DNA of 64,000 nt, taken from assembly GCA_016746295.1 (NCBI GenBank), contig JAEAOA010000822.1:950104-1014103 (forward strand). The letters run 5' to 3'. This stretch comes from Potamilus streckersoni (taxonomy: Eukaryota). Shown piece by piece: positions 37,544-51,661 of this stretch (the first letter of the stretch is position 1; every line of letters begins with the position of its first letter). Under the pieces are notes generated by a model. The model did no database searches and was not told where the DNA came from. It saw nothing but the letters and a program-made list of their open reading frames with translations. Made by a program: the position numbers and the translations under genes.

Positions 37544-40149
37544 CTAAAAGCAAAATTAGAAAAAAACCACTTCAAAATCCCAAAACAAATCTTCATCCAT
37601 TTTTTTACATTTATGACAATAAAATAAACATAATGATGTCAAATAATACTCAATTAAAGTTGACTCAAAAACTATCTTTCATTGTCATTAAATATCCATT
37701 AAAATAAAATCAGGTTATCTGTCATAAAGGTGCACATCCTTACTGATGTGAAACAGGAAATGAAAATCCATTACTGATGTAAATTAGGAATGCCAGCAAG
37801 ATGCTGACCCCTAATAAAGTGAAACAAGAAAGACCAACCCTTAAATATATGAAATAGGGATTCCAGCTTTAACATAACTGGAACCTAAAAAATAAAAAAA
37901 CAGGAATACTTCCAAAATTATTTTAGCATAAAAATCTTTGAAGTGGTTTTGGACTGAAATGTATTTTCTACAGCCACATTTCCTATTATGTGATGCAATA
38001 ATGTAAGTCACAAAAGGCTGCAAAGACATGCTGTTTGTCCAATATTGATGCTGTGTTTATTAAATTTAGTAAGTTTCCAGCACCTTTTTCCATCAAAGTG
38101 TAATCATCTTTAGCACATTCAATTCACAATCTAGAACTTTTCAATCTGAATTAAGGTGCAATGTCAAGGTGCATTTTGAGAGTCAACTATTCAATTGATT
38201 TTGTTAAAGTGCTTGTGTGCTTTCAGAAAAAATTACAACCACTTTTGAGATTTGGTTCACCTATAAAACTATACCTGATCTGAAAATCAAAATCAAACTG
38301 GAATCAATTTCTAACTGAACAGTTTATGAAAGTTCCTGAGTGTAAATGCTAATTTGGTTCTGATATTTTGTAATTTTAAACCTTTACATTTTCTTTTCTT
38401 TTTCAAGAAATATTCAATTATTTTACAAATAAGCATAATTTTCATGACTTTTCCAAAAAAGGCAATCATCAACTGACAGATGGTCATCAATTGTTGTATA
38501 TACTTCATTTATCTCTGATTTAGCTAATGTCAGAAACACTTTAAAGAGTTACTAACTTCAAACTACATTTTATTGTTTCTTAATTAGAGAAAGATAATCC
38601 TATCAAAGCATGAGCATGATCTGATTTGTAATTGAAGTTGAAGAAATTCCCAAAAGGATAAATATATAATAAAATTAAGAAATAATATGATCTGCTCATT
38701 TTGTCTTCTCCATGAAGAGTGTCTTTTTTTGTGGGGTTCTTCTCTTTCCAAATTATGGCTCTCCTTCCAAATATTTTGATGAATATCTAGTTCAAAGCTT
38801 CAGGTAACTCTCCAGGATTCTACCATAATAGTTTATGCATTAAATATGTCTTCTTAAAAAAAGCTGGACTTATCGAACAACATTTCTGGTTTATCATCAA
38901 CTGATCAAACCAAAGTAATGGAGCTATTTGAGATTAAAAACAGAAAAAAATATCGCCTAAATCATACAGTTGGCATCACTTTTGATGTAATACACAGACT
39001 TCTGATTTAAAATTTATGACAATCTGACAGAAAATAGTTTCTATATTGGTTTTGTAAGAGTAGAGGTACTCTGGTAACATGGAGGCATAACTTCATATAT
39101 TTTTCCTCCAATAAAGAGAAATTTTAATAAAGCATAAATAATTTTGATCCCTATATTATACTTAAAGACACACTGATCACTGATATTGTTATTATGGTTA
39201 ACCGACAATGCTATGCAATCAATGACTGCACATCAATACAGTGGTTCCCTTCTCACAAGCCACCCTTTCTGCATCAATGAGGCTGGCCTTTTAAAAGATA
39301 TGACTTCTCATAATGGGACAAAATGGTGAAATTATCATATAATGGTGTTTGGCCAAGTGTACTCTAATGTGAGGTGGCCTCTTCTGACATAGGCATCTCA
39401 AGAAGTGGTCTAATAGTATTCTATAAAATATAAAACTAATTACATCAACAAAATAGCTAAATTAAATGGATTCAACAAAACACTCGTCTTCTTCGACCTG
39501 GCCCTGACCTGGCTATGACAGTTCTCTGCCAAATGAAAGTCTGGTCAGAAAATAAGTTTATCTTGATACAACTGAACAAAACTTTCCCAAAATTTTTAAA
39601 AGTTGTTTGATTGTCTGATTAGATGAAGTAATTTAAGTGATGATGAGATGACATGTTTTGCAGAGACAATTTCATTGGTTAATTTGGACACACATCATGT
39701 TTTGAGTGTCTGTTTCTAAAAATATTTTGAATAATGTAATTGTATGCAGTTAATTTGGTTTGGCCATAATGGCTGCATAAGGTTTTCTATAAAATAATAT
39801 GTACAAAGAAATCTCTATAGTTTGATACTTAAAAATTTTATCTAAGGTACTTCATTGGGTAGAAAGATCAATGAAGGATTTGTACCAGACTCTTGTAAAT
39901 GCAGAGATCTCAGGAAGACACATGAGAAGTCTCATTCAGTAAAATCATAAGTTTATTCTGATATTTAAATAAAGGCAGTAATTCCTTTCTGATACTACTG
40001 ATTGACAAACATTGGTTTGACTGACAGACCTAATCTGACATCACTGGATAATGATATATGGCACCATTTTAATAAGTTTCAAAACTGTAGTATGCAAAAT
40101 ATTATACGAATTGGAAAATGTCTTCCGTGTAATATCAAGCAATATGTAC

Positions 40150-40281
40150 CTCCACATCATGGAGAGTTCCATGATGACAGAAAACTCTAAATCTGTGCTC
40201 ACTAGTTCCTTCTACCTTGAGGTCAACCACATGAAGTTCAAGGACACAGAACATAGTAGTCTCTGTTGACTTGTCCAATTT
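40150..40281 (-). CDS. PARP4: PARP4-like exon D (tentative)
   Basis: Translation KLDKSTETTMFCVLELHVVDLKVEGTSEHRFRVFCHHGTLHDVE aligns weakly to human EAVVVELQCSRDSRDCPFLISSHFLLDDG. Acceptor gtgttttcatag, donor GAG|gtacat. Phase 0/0 is consistent with both neighbours. A shorter version ending at the in-frame donor CTCAAG|gtagaa (lower limit 40216) is also possible. Confidence 0.45.
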
Positions 40282-41479
40282 CTATGAAAACACACCAAAA
40301 ATGAGATTATTTAATAATACAGTCTAATATCAAATTTCTGGAAGAATCATTACCATTATTGAAGTGACTAGATAACGTTTTAACAATGAATATAAAAATT
40401 TTAGTAGACAATTATGTTAACATTTGTATGCAAGTAAAATCTAATGCCAAACTTGAGAAATTAGCCGCATTTGTTGATTTAATAAATACAATAATTTTGA
40501 ACACAGACAAAAGACAACATTAATCTTTGTTTTATATGAACAAAGTCAAAACCATAGAGTTGGAATATTTAGACAGACTTTTGTTCCATCTGATGATTTC
40601 TGAACCTTGAGTAGACACTGATGAATATAATTATATGTAATGTATTTGATCCTACACACACACACACACACACACACACTAATACAATTTGCACCCTCTA
40701 CCTAAAATATATTAATCCAGAGAAAATGAAATTCTACAATGTGTCCATATGACCAAAAATATTACAAAATGACAACCTGCATCAAATCTTCCAATACTTT
40801 TGTTCATCATACTGCTCTATACGTTTCCATGAACTGGGAACCATTTACTAATTACCTATATGAAACTTAATTTTATTCATTGCTCATACACAAATTGTTC
40901 ATTAGATCCAAATCATTTGCTCTCTCTATGGTATGAATACATGTAGCAAGTGTTAATGTAAAATTTTACTTCTGTATTAGTCTGGTTATCAATCCTTGCC
41001 TAGCCATTGGAATATTTATGATTATTTATGATTATCTATAGTTTGTAATGCACAGAACCAGTCCACACCACTCCATGAACTCTATTTTGCACTAAACACA
41101 GAATACCCTATGTTATATTTGACTGAGGACCCTGATATGTTAAAACTGGATTGAATACAAAAAGCTTTTAAATTTTAAATTTATACCAATATTACTTAAT
41201 GATGTAGATTTTGACAAGTAGCAAGTTAAACCTGCTGAATACTTACTTATTTGTCAGTTACTAACAGTGAGTGTATGGTTACCAAAACTTAGTGAAACAC
41301 AATGGTAAATTTTGGAGGTATGTGTTCTATGATGTAAGCACAAAAAGACTTGCCCAACCTCTATACACACATGCAAACAGCACAGATCCAGCTCTGCTAT
41401 CATATAAAGTATTGGTAGAAGAGAGTAAATTCTGTTTGTTCTATGCATAATTTCATGTGTAATGTATATCACTGTGTAA

Positions 41480-42070
41480 TGTATATCACAGTCCGTTAAC
41501 ACAAGATGAGTATATGCTGTTCATAATATGCATAATTTTATCAGTAATGTATACTATGATCTGTTAACAATTGACTGTAATTGACAGTAATGTATACTAT
41601 GATCTGTTAACAATTGACTGTAATTGACAGTATTGTATACTATGATCTGTTAATAATTGACTGTAATTGACAGTAACGTATATTATGATCTGTTAACAAT
41701 TGACTGTAATTGACAGTATTGTATACTATGATCTGTTAACAATTGACTGTAATTGACAGTATTGTATACTATGATCTGTTAATAATTGACTGTAACTGAC
41801 TGTAGTGTATACTATGATCTGTTAATAATTGACTGTAATTGACAGTAATGAATACTATGATCTGTTAATAACTGACTAATTGATAGTAATGTATACTATG
41901 ATCTGTTAATAACTGACTGTGACAGTAATGTATACTATGATCTGTTAATAATTGACTGTAATTGACAGTATTGTATACTATGATCTGTTAATAATTGACT
42001 GTAACTGACAGTAATGTATACTATGATCTGTTAATAATTGACTGTAATTGACTGTAATGTACACAATGAT
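41480..42070. repeat. 43-bp minisatellite x~13 (ttgacagtaatgtatactatgatctgttaacaattgactgtaa)
   Basis: Direct reading; the period is measured from 41581 to 41624. Confidence 0.9.
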
Positions 42071-42280
42071 CTTTTAGAGCATGCTGGGCCTATACTGCTT
42101 GTTCTTGCATTAATTTGTAAGTAATGATCTGTTAGCACATGATGGCTTTATGATGTTTGCTCTCAAAGTAATGTATACTGTTACATCCCTGTAGTTAAAT
42201 TATGTGTATTAAGGTATGAATTCTGTATAAATCTTTTCATTTCATTTTTATATCATTAAATGTAGTTATCATTATTACTA

Positions 42281-42281
<1 letters not shown>

Positions 42282-42356
<75 letters not shown>
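42282..42356. repeat. (ATT)n microsatellite
   Basis: attattattatt... Confidence 0.95.
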
Positions 42357-43129
42357 GTTAGCATGGGTCTAAAGTTTTGTTAGAAACATCGTGTTTACTT
42401 AAATTGTAAATGTGACTCATGTAGGCATAAGCTTTGTATGATAGTAAATTCGTCATAAGTAAACATTCAGAAGTAGCTATGTAAATGATTAGCTGATACT
42501 TGTTCAGGTTTTCCTAATGCCCTTCATGCATGTGTACATGAAACAACATATTAATGTCTTTTAGTTATCTGTAAGAAAGTTTAGTCGTAGTCATAAGTGC
42601 AGTTCAGTCACCATTTTCAACATCTTAGAGAGTCACTTAGTTTCTATTACCTTATAAAAGGTATTTTTGTGCTGGAAGAAGTTGTCTGTTCATATGTCTA
42701 TGTAGAATGACATGTGTTTTGTTAGTGGAGATAATTGTACTTCATCTACTTTCTAAATAATTATTTCCCCTGGAGAACAACACTACTGGTTTGAAGAAAG
42801 ACATTTTCTGAAATTACTTCTAAATTAAAACAGAACAATGCAAATAATGCTTCACATTCTAGGATTTTTGTTTTAGCCTTCATCTGACGTCATCATCCAC
42901 CATCTTGGACTGGAACAGAAGTTCAGACTATCAATTTAGAACTGTTTGTTCATAGGACTTATGTGTTTTCATAACTTTAGAACAAATTTTTGGATCTTCT
43001 TCATAAATTGAAAGTCTTGTTTCATATATTTACCTTTTCTCCATGTTTTCTGGGGAAATAAATTATTTTTGTTAAAATTTACAAAGCTTGTTGTCTTCAC
43101 TCTTACTTTGTGTTACTTTGAACGAGCCG

Positions 43130-46100
43130 ATACCTAATAATACCATGATCTGTTAGCACACAATCGGTCTATGATATTTGCTCTCAGAGTAAAGTATATC
43201 ATGATCTATCAGAGCATTATAAGTCTATGCTGTTTGCTCTCAGAGTAATGTATACTATGATCTGTTAGTACATAATGGGTCTATGCTGTTTGCTCTCAGA
43301 GTGGATATGTAGACAGCTTGCAAGTAGCTTCTTCTGGGGGTTTCCCGTGTTCTTCCTCCACAATTAATACTGTCTGCCATGTATAGCCTATCATGTGCTG
43401 GAAAATGGCATTAAACCATACAACATCAACATCATTGCTCTCAGAGTAATGTATACCATGATCTATTCACAATTGATGTGTATTTGTTTGTGCTGTTTGT
43501 TCTCAGATTAATGTATAATGTGATCTATTAGCACATGATGGATTCTCTCATTAGAGAGCAAAATGGGTCAATTTTGTTTGCTATTAGTGTAATGTATACC
43601 ATGACTTGTTGGCACATAATGGGTCTATGCAGTTTGGTCTCAGAGTAATGTATACCATGATCTGTTAGCACATAATGAGTCTAAACAATTTGGTCTCAGA
43701 ATAAAGTATACCATGATCTGTTAGTACATAATGATTCTATGCAGTTTGGTCTCAGAATAATGTATACCATGATTTGTTAGCACATAATGGGTCTATGCAG
43801 TTTGGTCTCAGTGTAATGTATACCATGATCTGTTAGCACATATTGGTTCTATGCAGTTTGGTCTCAGAGTAATGGATACCATGATCTGTTAGCACATAAT
43901 GGGTCTATGCAGTTTGGTCTCAGAATAATGTATACCATGATCTGTTAGTACATAATGATTCTATGCAGTTTGGTCTCAGAATAATGTATACCATGATTTG
44001 TTAGCACATAATGGGTCTATGCAGTTTGGTCTCAGATTAATGTATACCATGATCTGTTTTTACATAATGGGTCTATGCAGTTTGGTCTCAGATTAATGTA
44101 TACCATGATCTGTTTTTACATAATGAGTCTATGCAGTTTGGTCTCAGAGTAATGTGTACCATGATCTGTTAGCACATAATGGGTCTATGCAGTTTGGTCT
44201 CAGAATAATGTATACCATGATCTGTTAGCACATAATGGGTCTATGCAGTTTGGTCTCAGAATAATGTATACCATGATTTGTTAGTACATAATGATTCTAT
44301 GCAGTTTGGTCTCAGATTAATGTATACCATGATCTGTTTTTACATAATGAGTCTATGCAGTTTGGTCTCAGAGTAATGTGTACCATGATATGTTAGCACA
44401 TAATGGGTCTATGCAGTTTGGTCTCAGAATAATGTATACCATGATCTGTTAGCACATAATTGGTCTATGCAGTTTGGTCTCAGATTAATGTATACCATGA
44501 TCTGTTTTTACATAATGAGTCTATGCAGTTTGGTCTCAGATTAATGTATACCATGATCTGTTAGCACATAATTGGTCTATGCAGTTTGGTCTCAGATTAA
44601 TGTATACTATGATCTGTTTTTACATAATGAGTCTATGCAGTTTGGTCTCAGAGTAATGTGTACCATGATCTGTTAGCACATAATGGGTCTATGCAGTTTG
44701 GTCTCAGAATAATGTATACCATGATCTGTTAGCACATAATGGGTCTATGCAGTTTGGTCTCAGAATAATGTATACCATGACTTGTTGGTACATAATGAGT
44801 CTATGCAGTTTGGTCTCAGAGTAATGTATACCATGATTTGTTAGCACATAATGGGTCTATGCAGTTTGGTCTCAGAATAATGTATACCATGATTTGTTAG
44901 CACATAATGAGTCTATGCAGTTTGGTCTCAGAATAATGTATACCATGATCTGTTAGTACATAATGATTCTATGCAGTTTGGTCTCAGAATAATGTATACC
45001 ATGATTTGTTAGCACATAATGGGTCTATGCAGTTTGGTCTCAGATTAATGTATACCATGATCTGTTTTTACATAATTGGTCTATGCAGTTTGGTCTCAGA
45101 TTAATGTATACTATGATCTTTTTTTACATAATGAGTCTATGCAGTTTGGTCTCAGAGTAATGTGTACCATGATCTGTTAGCACATAATGGGTCTATGCAG
45201 TTTGGTCTCAGAATAATGTATACCATGATTTGTTAGCACATGTGTCTATGCAGTTTGGTCTCAGAATAATGTATACCTTGATTTGTTAGTACATAATGAT
45301 TCTATGCAGTTTGGTCTCAGAATAATGTATACCATGATCTGTTAGCACATAATGGGTCTATGCAGTTTGGTCTCAGAATAATGTATACCATGATCTGTTA
45401 GCACATAATGGGTCTATGCAGTTTGGTCTCAGAATAATGTATACCATGATCTGTTAGTACATAATGATTCTATGCAGTTTGGTCTCAGAATAATGTATAC
45501 CATGATTTGTTAGCACATAATGGGTCTATGCAGTTTGGTCTCAGATTAATGTATACCATGATCTGTTTTTACATAATGGGTCTATGCAGTTTGGTCTCAG
45601 ATTAATGTATACCATGATCTGTTTTTACATAATGAGTCTATGCAGTTTGGTCTCAGAGTAATGTGTACCATGATCTGTTAGCACATAATGGGTCTATGCA
45701 GTTTGGTCTCAGAATAATGTATACCATGATTTGTTAGCACGTGTCTATGCAGTTTGGTCTCAGAATAATGTATACCATGATTTGTTAGTACATAATGATT
45801 CTATGCAGTTTGGTCTCAGAATAATGTATACCATGATTTGTTAGCACATAATGTGTCTATGCAGTTTGGTCTCAGATTAATGTATACTATGATCTGTTTT
45901 TACATAATGAGTCTATGCAGTTTGGTCTCAGAATAATGTATACCATGATTTGTTAGTACATAATGATTCTATGCAGTTTGGTCTCAGAATAATGTATACC
46001 ATGATCTGTTAGCACATAATGGGTCTATGCAGTTTGGTCTCAGAATAATGTATACCATGATCTGTTAGCACATAATGGGTCTATGCAGTTTGGTCTCAGA

Positions 46101-47470
46101 ATAATGTATACCATGATCTGTTAGTACATAATGATTCTATGCAGTTTGGTCTCAGAATAATGTGTACCATGATTTGTTAGCACATAATGGGTCTATGCAG
46201 TTTGGTCTCAGATTAATGCATACCATGATCTGTTTTTCCATAATTGGTCTATGCAGTTTGGTCTCAGATTAATGTATACCATGATCTGTTTTTACATAAT
46301 GAGTCTATGCAGTTTGGTCTCAGAGTAATGTGTACCATGATCTGTTAGCACATAATGTGTCTATGCAGTTTGGTCTCAGAATAATGTATACCATGACCTG
46401 TTTTTACATAATTGGTCTATGCAGTTTGGTCTCAGATTAATGTATACCATGATCTGTTAGTACATAATGATTCTATGCAGTTTGGTCTCAGAATAATGTA
46501 TACCATGATCTGTTTTTACATAATGAGTCTATGCAGTTTGGTCTCAGAATAATGTATACCATGACCTGTTAGCACATAATGATTCTATGCAGTTTGGTCT
46601 CAGAATAATGTATACCATGATCTGTTAGTACATAATGGGTCTATGCAGTTTGGTCTCAGAATAATGTATACCATGATTTGTTAGTACATAATGATTCTAT
46701 GCAGTTTGGTCTCAGAATAATGTATACCATGATCAGTTAGCACATAATGGGTCTATGCAGTTTGGTCTCAGAATAATGTATACCATGACCTGTTAGCACA
46801 TAATGAGTCTATGCAGTTTGGTCTCAGAATAATGTATACCATGATCTGTTAGTACATAATGATTCTATGCAGTTTGGTCTCAGAATAATGTGTACCATGA
46901 TTTGTTAGCACATAATGGGTCTATGCAGTTTGGTCTCAGAATAATGTATACCATGATCTGTTAGCACATAATGGGTCTATGCAGTTTGGCCTCAGAATAA
47001 TGTATACCATGACTTGTTGGTACATAATGAGTCTATGCAGTTTGGTCTCAGAGTAATGTATACCATGATTTGTTAGCACATAATGGGTCTATGCAGTTTG
47101 GTCTCAGATTAATGCATACCATGATCTGTTTTTACATAATTGGTCTATGCAGTTTGGTCTCAGATTAATGTATACCATGATCTGTTTTTACATAATGAGT
47201 CTATGCAGTTTGGTCTCAGAGTAATGTGTACCATGATCTGTTAGCACATAATGTGTCTATGCAGTTTGGTCTCAGAATAATGTATACCATGACCTGTTTT
47301 TACATAATTGGTCTATGCAGTTTGGTCTCAGATTAATGTATACCATGATCTGTTAGTACATAATGATTCTATGCAGTTTGGTCTCAGAATAATGTATACC
47401 ATGACCTGTTAGCACATAATGAGTCTATGCAGTTTGGTCTCAGAATAATGTATACCATGATCTGTTAACT
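43130..47470. repeat. 4.3-kb satellite, 56-bp unit x~75 (gtctatgcagtttggtctcagaataatgtataccatgatctgttagcacataatgg)
   Basis: Direct reading; it is interrupted once by the SINE-B fragment at 43297-43440. Recurrent variant units (gtttttacataat, ttagtacataatgatt) suggest a higher-order structure. Confidence 0.95.
43297..43440 (+). mobile_element. SINE family B, 5'-truncated copy embedded in the 56-bp satellite
   Basis: gagtggatatgtagacagcttgcaagtagcttcttctggggg...ccacaattaatactgtctgccatgtatagcctatcatgtgctgg..., interrupting the satellite. Confidence 0.65.
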
Positions 47471-48779
47471 TAAAAGCATAATGGGTTTATGATGTTTGCT
47501 CTCAGGTTTGCATTTCAAATAGACTAATCATGCATTTTGCAACCAAGATCAAAGACAGTCAAAAATAAATATATCCGCTATGAAATAGCATCACAAATTG
47601 TACCCAGTGTTGCATTTAAAAATGTTTTAATAGAAATGGTTTCACAAAGAGACTATGAAAATAATGTATACTAGAGAGTACTTTTTACCCATGCTAAATA
47701 ATTTGCTATCATCATTCTTTTATGCATTAAATGGAAATCATGTATTCAACTGACCAACAAAGGATCAAACTTCTTGCAATGTTAAAAAGGCCATTATGCT
47801 GTCAGATAAGTTTTCCTGAAGGGGTTGCACAGGTTCTCAGCAGATTTCCAGTCAAGAACTATGTTATTAATTTTTCTTGAATATTTTAGTTAGTTTTATA
47901 AAATGTTTTTACTTCTGAAGAAGCTTTTTTAAAATATTACAAAACAAATTATGATTACAAAATGCAACACAAACAATAGCAACACTTCTGCCTAAAATCA
48001 AAATATAAAAGAAAATTAAATTGTTTTAAAAATTAAATCTAATTATATGTACATTTTAACAATAATTAATTTAATTTCAATTCATGTTTTGATTTCCTGC
48101 CAATTCTATCCACTTCTTCATAAACTCTTCCATTGAAAAAATAAATTGGTCTGACATGATAGATTATTGTTAGATAATTTCTCTAATAATACTTTAATTT
48201 GTTAATGCGTAATGTGATACACATCATAATATGTTATCATATTAGGAGATCTATATTGTAACATGTATCAATCAGGTATTTGTATTGAAGTAACATAACT
48301 AGGCACTGCAGGCAAAACAAAGCACACACACAGTACATGAACTGACCATGCCAAATATGGACAGCCCTGACTTAATGAGAAACAAAATATGAAGCAATGT
48401 TTCACAAAATGAACCCATAACAATAGGCAGCAATTAAATGGGTACTTAAGCACAGGTAAAATGACAATAAATGTGCAAATGCTCATCAATACATGCAAAT
48501 GAAGCATTGCATGCTAACCACTAATAAAATGATACATTATATAGTTAATTATTTTTCTATATGTCCTATGGAATATTTATTTTTCAGATACCTGGAAAAC
48601 ATAAAATAATTATGTATTTATTTTCTTTAGACATGATTTAATGTATAAATTAATTTGTATGGCATCTTTTACTTACATATTCTTGATTTCATTATCTCAG
48701 TCTTGTGATACTTGATAAAATACACATATTAACACAACATGTATAAATCTTTTCAAATAGTGTCACAACACATATCAAT

Positions 48780-49150
48780 ACTATTCATGAGTGGTCAAAA
48801 CATGTTAACATCACTAACTGACATATAGTCACATCTTAATACTAATTATGAGTTGTCCCAATACTTAACGTTACTATTTACATATACTGTCATGAAACAT
48901 ATCAATACTATTCTGGAGCTGTCACAATACTTATTATTATTAATTGACATAATACTGTCACATCTTAATACTATTTATGAGTTGTCACAATACTTATCAT
49001 TACTAATTGACATATAATGTCACATCCTAATACTATTTATGAGTTGTCACAATACTTCTTATTACTATTTACATACATTGTCACAATACATATCAGTACT
49101 GTTCTGGAATCGTCACAATACTTATCATTACTAACTGACATATGGCTGTT
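48780..49150. repeat. ~60-bp tandem repeat x~6 (tgtcacaatacttatcattactaattgacatatactgtcacatcttaatactatttatgagt)
   Basis: Direct reading; related units occur at 49560-49660. Confidence 0.8.
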
Positions 49151-49664
49151 TTAAGCCTGATTTTAGATCACATGGTATTTCACATGACAAACTGTGATTT
49201 CCAACTTGAACATTGCAATAAAAAAAATGTCATTTGTCACATAGCTTAGAATAGCCCTATCTAAAGCAACAGATTCTCATGCTTGAAAAGAAAAATTCAA
49301 AAGATCTGTTTACACATGGGTAACACATGAGCTGAAAAATGACCCTGGAAACAGCCAATCATTTCTGCTTAATGTTTATGAGTTTGTGAACCATGGTTGG
49401 CTAAAAATAATGCTGAAGTAATGCCTTTATGTTCTATACAAACATAATTTACTGGAAAAAATATTGAATCCCATGAAAATAATACAATGAAATGAAACAA
49501 AAATATTTTTAAAAAAAGAATTTAAAACTAACAAACTAACACACAAGCAATTTAATTACCTATTCATATCACATATCATTACTAATTCACATATACTGTC
49601 ACAACATATATCATTACTATTTAGATATACAGTCACAACACATTAACACTATTCATGAGTTGTC

Positions 49665-49669
<5 letters not shown>

Positions 49670-49732
<63 letters not shown>
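49670..49732. repeat. (TA)n microsatellite
   Basis: Direct reading. Confidence 0.95.
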
Positions 49733-49735
<3 letters not shown>

Positions 49736-49856
49736 ACAAAACATATGCTATTTATGAATTGTGTTATCTCTAATTATTTAGTTTTGTTCTAGATAATACG
49801 ATTACACCTTAAACATATTCTGAATTTACCTTAAACATGGCATACTTTGAATTTAC

Positions 49857-50002
49857 CTTAAACATAGCATATTTTGCTATCTGGTAATTTTCCTCATCAA
49901 AGACTGGACAGTCTTTTTCTCCAAAGGTCCATTTTTTCACATTTTTCACATTAAATTGAGACCTGACTTTCTGTTTCTTCTCCTGTCTCTGTTGTCTTGA
50001 GG
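49857..50002 (-). CDS. PARP4: PARP4-like exon C (BRCT-to-PARP linker)
   Basis: Translation (A)SRQQRQEKKQKVRSQFNVKNVKKWTFGEKDCPVFDEENYQIAKYAMFK; the ENYQIAKYAMFK segment aligns to human QDFEVAKYNTLEK. Acceptor ttacttttcag, donor AAG|gtaaat. Phase 1 in, matching exon B. A duplicated in-frame donor lies 27 nt further on, at 49830. Confidence 0.7.
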
Positions 50003-50059
50003 CTGAAAAGTAACATTCAAAACTACCTTTAATAACTAACTCAAATTTGTAAACTACCT

Positions 50060-50470
50060 TGCTAATTGTCAAGACTAGATTTTGTGGTACATCCTCTTCT
50101 TGTTAACTTACTTAACTCTAGGTTCTGTAGTACACTCTATATCCAGTCAACTCCCTTGTACTGTCGATTGTGTGGTATACCATATTCAACTCAACTTGCT
50201 TGTAATGTAGACTGTGTGGTACACCTTATTCTAATCAACTTACTTGTACTGTCGCTTGTCTAGCAGACCCAATTCTAGTCAGCTCACTTGTACTGTAGAT
50301 TATCTGGTACACCTTAATCCAGTCAACTCACTTGTACTGTAGACTGTGTGGCAAAACCTATTCCTCCCATCAACTCATTTGTACTGTAAATTGTGTGGTA
50401 CACCCTATTCTAATCAACTTATTTGTAATGTAGATTTGTGTGACACACCCTATTCTAGTCAACTAACTGG
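50060..50470. repeat. 44-bp satellite block 1 (ccagtcaacttacttgtactgtagattgtgtggtacaccctatt)
   Basis: The same unit is found at 51370-51660 and 53470-55990. Confidence 0.9.
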
Positions 50471-51369
50471 TCTTACGAGTCTTTGCTATTAAAATAAGTA
50501 ACAGAAATGAGTGAAAGACATCAAGCATTGTAAAATTTAACAAATATATTTATTTCAAAAGAATACAACGTGAAAATGAGAAAAACAATCTTACGAATCA
50601 AATCCCAAAACAGTATTACAAATTAAATCCCAAAATAGTCCAAAAATTACAGACAAGTCTTAATAATTTAAAGTCCTGAATAAAATTCAGTAAAAGTCCC
50701 AAAAGATCCAAAACTGAAGGTGATGATGTATCTGTAATAGCTTATATAATGCTGATGTGTCAACAGACTTTTGTTTAATCACAGTTAATATATTTCCAGG
50801 TTTTAATATACAATAAATTCCAGTGAATGTCTTTATCTATGAGTTTTATCTAAGCACTATTGTCTTCCCAAAGAAAATAATCACTTAAATTCAATAATTT
50901 CAAGAAAATAAAATTTAGTGTAACTGGTCACAACATAATAAAACTTGAAAGTACTAGATATTAAAGTTCAAATAACCAAGTCATCACAATTACAAGATAA
51001 GATAGTTCTCTACTTGACCTCATGTAAAAATCAGCATTTTCTAAAAATAAAATATGATCTAATGGAAAATAATTTTTAGAATGATGTAATGAGCCTTGAT
51101 TACTTACAACATGATCACCTGTAAAATTCACTTAAGAAATTCCAAAAACCTGACCCCAAAAAACACATTTACTCATTCTTGTCTACCTGAATATTAATCC
51201 TAATATTAAGCTCATACACATAGAGAATAATTTAGCTATGTATTAGTTGCTTACATAAAATGAAATATAAAATAATAAATACAATTAAATCAGGTCAAGC
51301 AGAAATGAATTCAATTTTGGACAAGTTCAAGTCTAACATATAATGTTACATTACAATAGCATGGAATGA

Positions 51370-51660
51370 CCTAATTTTTAAAACTCAACTCACTTGTACT
51401 GTAGATTGTGTGGTACACCCTAATCAAGTAAACTTACTTGTACTGTAGATCATGTGGTACACCCTATTCCAGTCAACTTACTTGTACTGTAGATTGTGTG
51501 GTACACCCTACTCCAGTCAACTTACTTGTAATATAGATTGTGTGGTACACCCTATTCCAGTCTACTTGTACTGTGTGTGGTAACACCCTAATCTAGTCAA
51601 CTTACTTGTACTGTAGATTGTGCAGCACAACCAATTCCAGTCAACTTACCTGTACTGTAT
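51370..51660. repeat. 44-bp satellite block 2
   Basis: Ends exactly at the left TA of the TIR element. Confidence 0.9.
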
Positions 51661-51661
51661 A

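Noticed and set aside
40216-40281. Shorter version of exon D ending at CTCAAG|gtagaa
   Set aside because: Also in frame, but the longer version (donor at 40150) extends similarity to the human DCPFLISSHFLLDDG segment. Kept as an alternative; confidence in the exon is only moderate either way.
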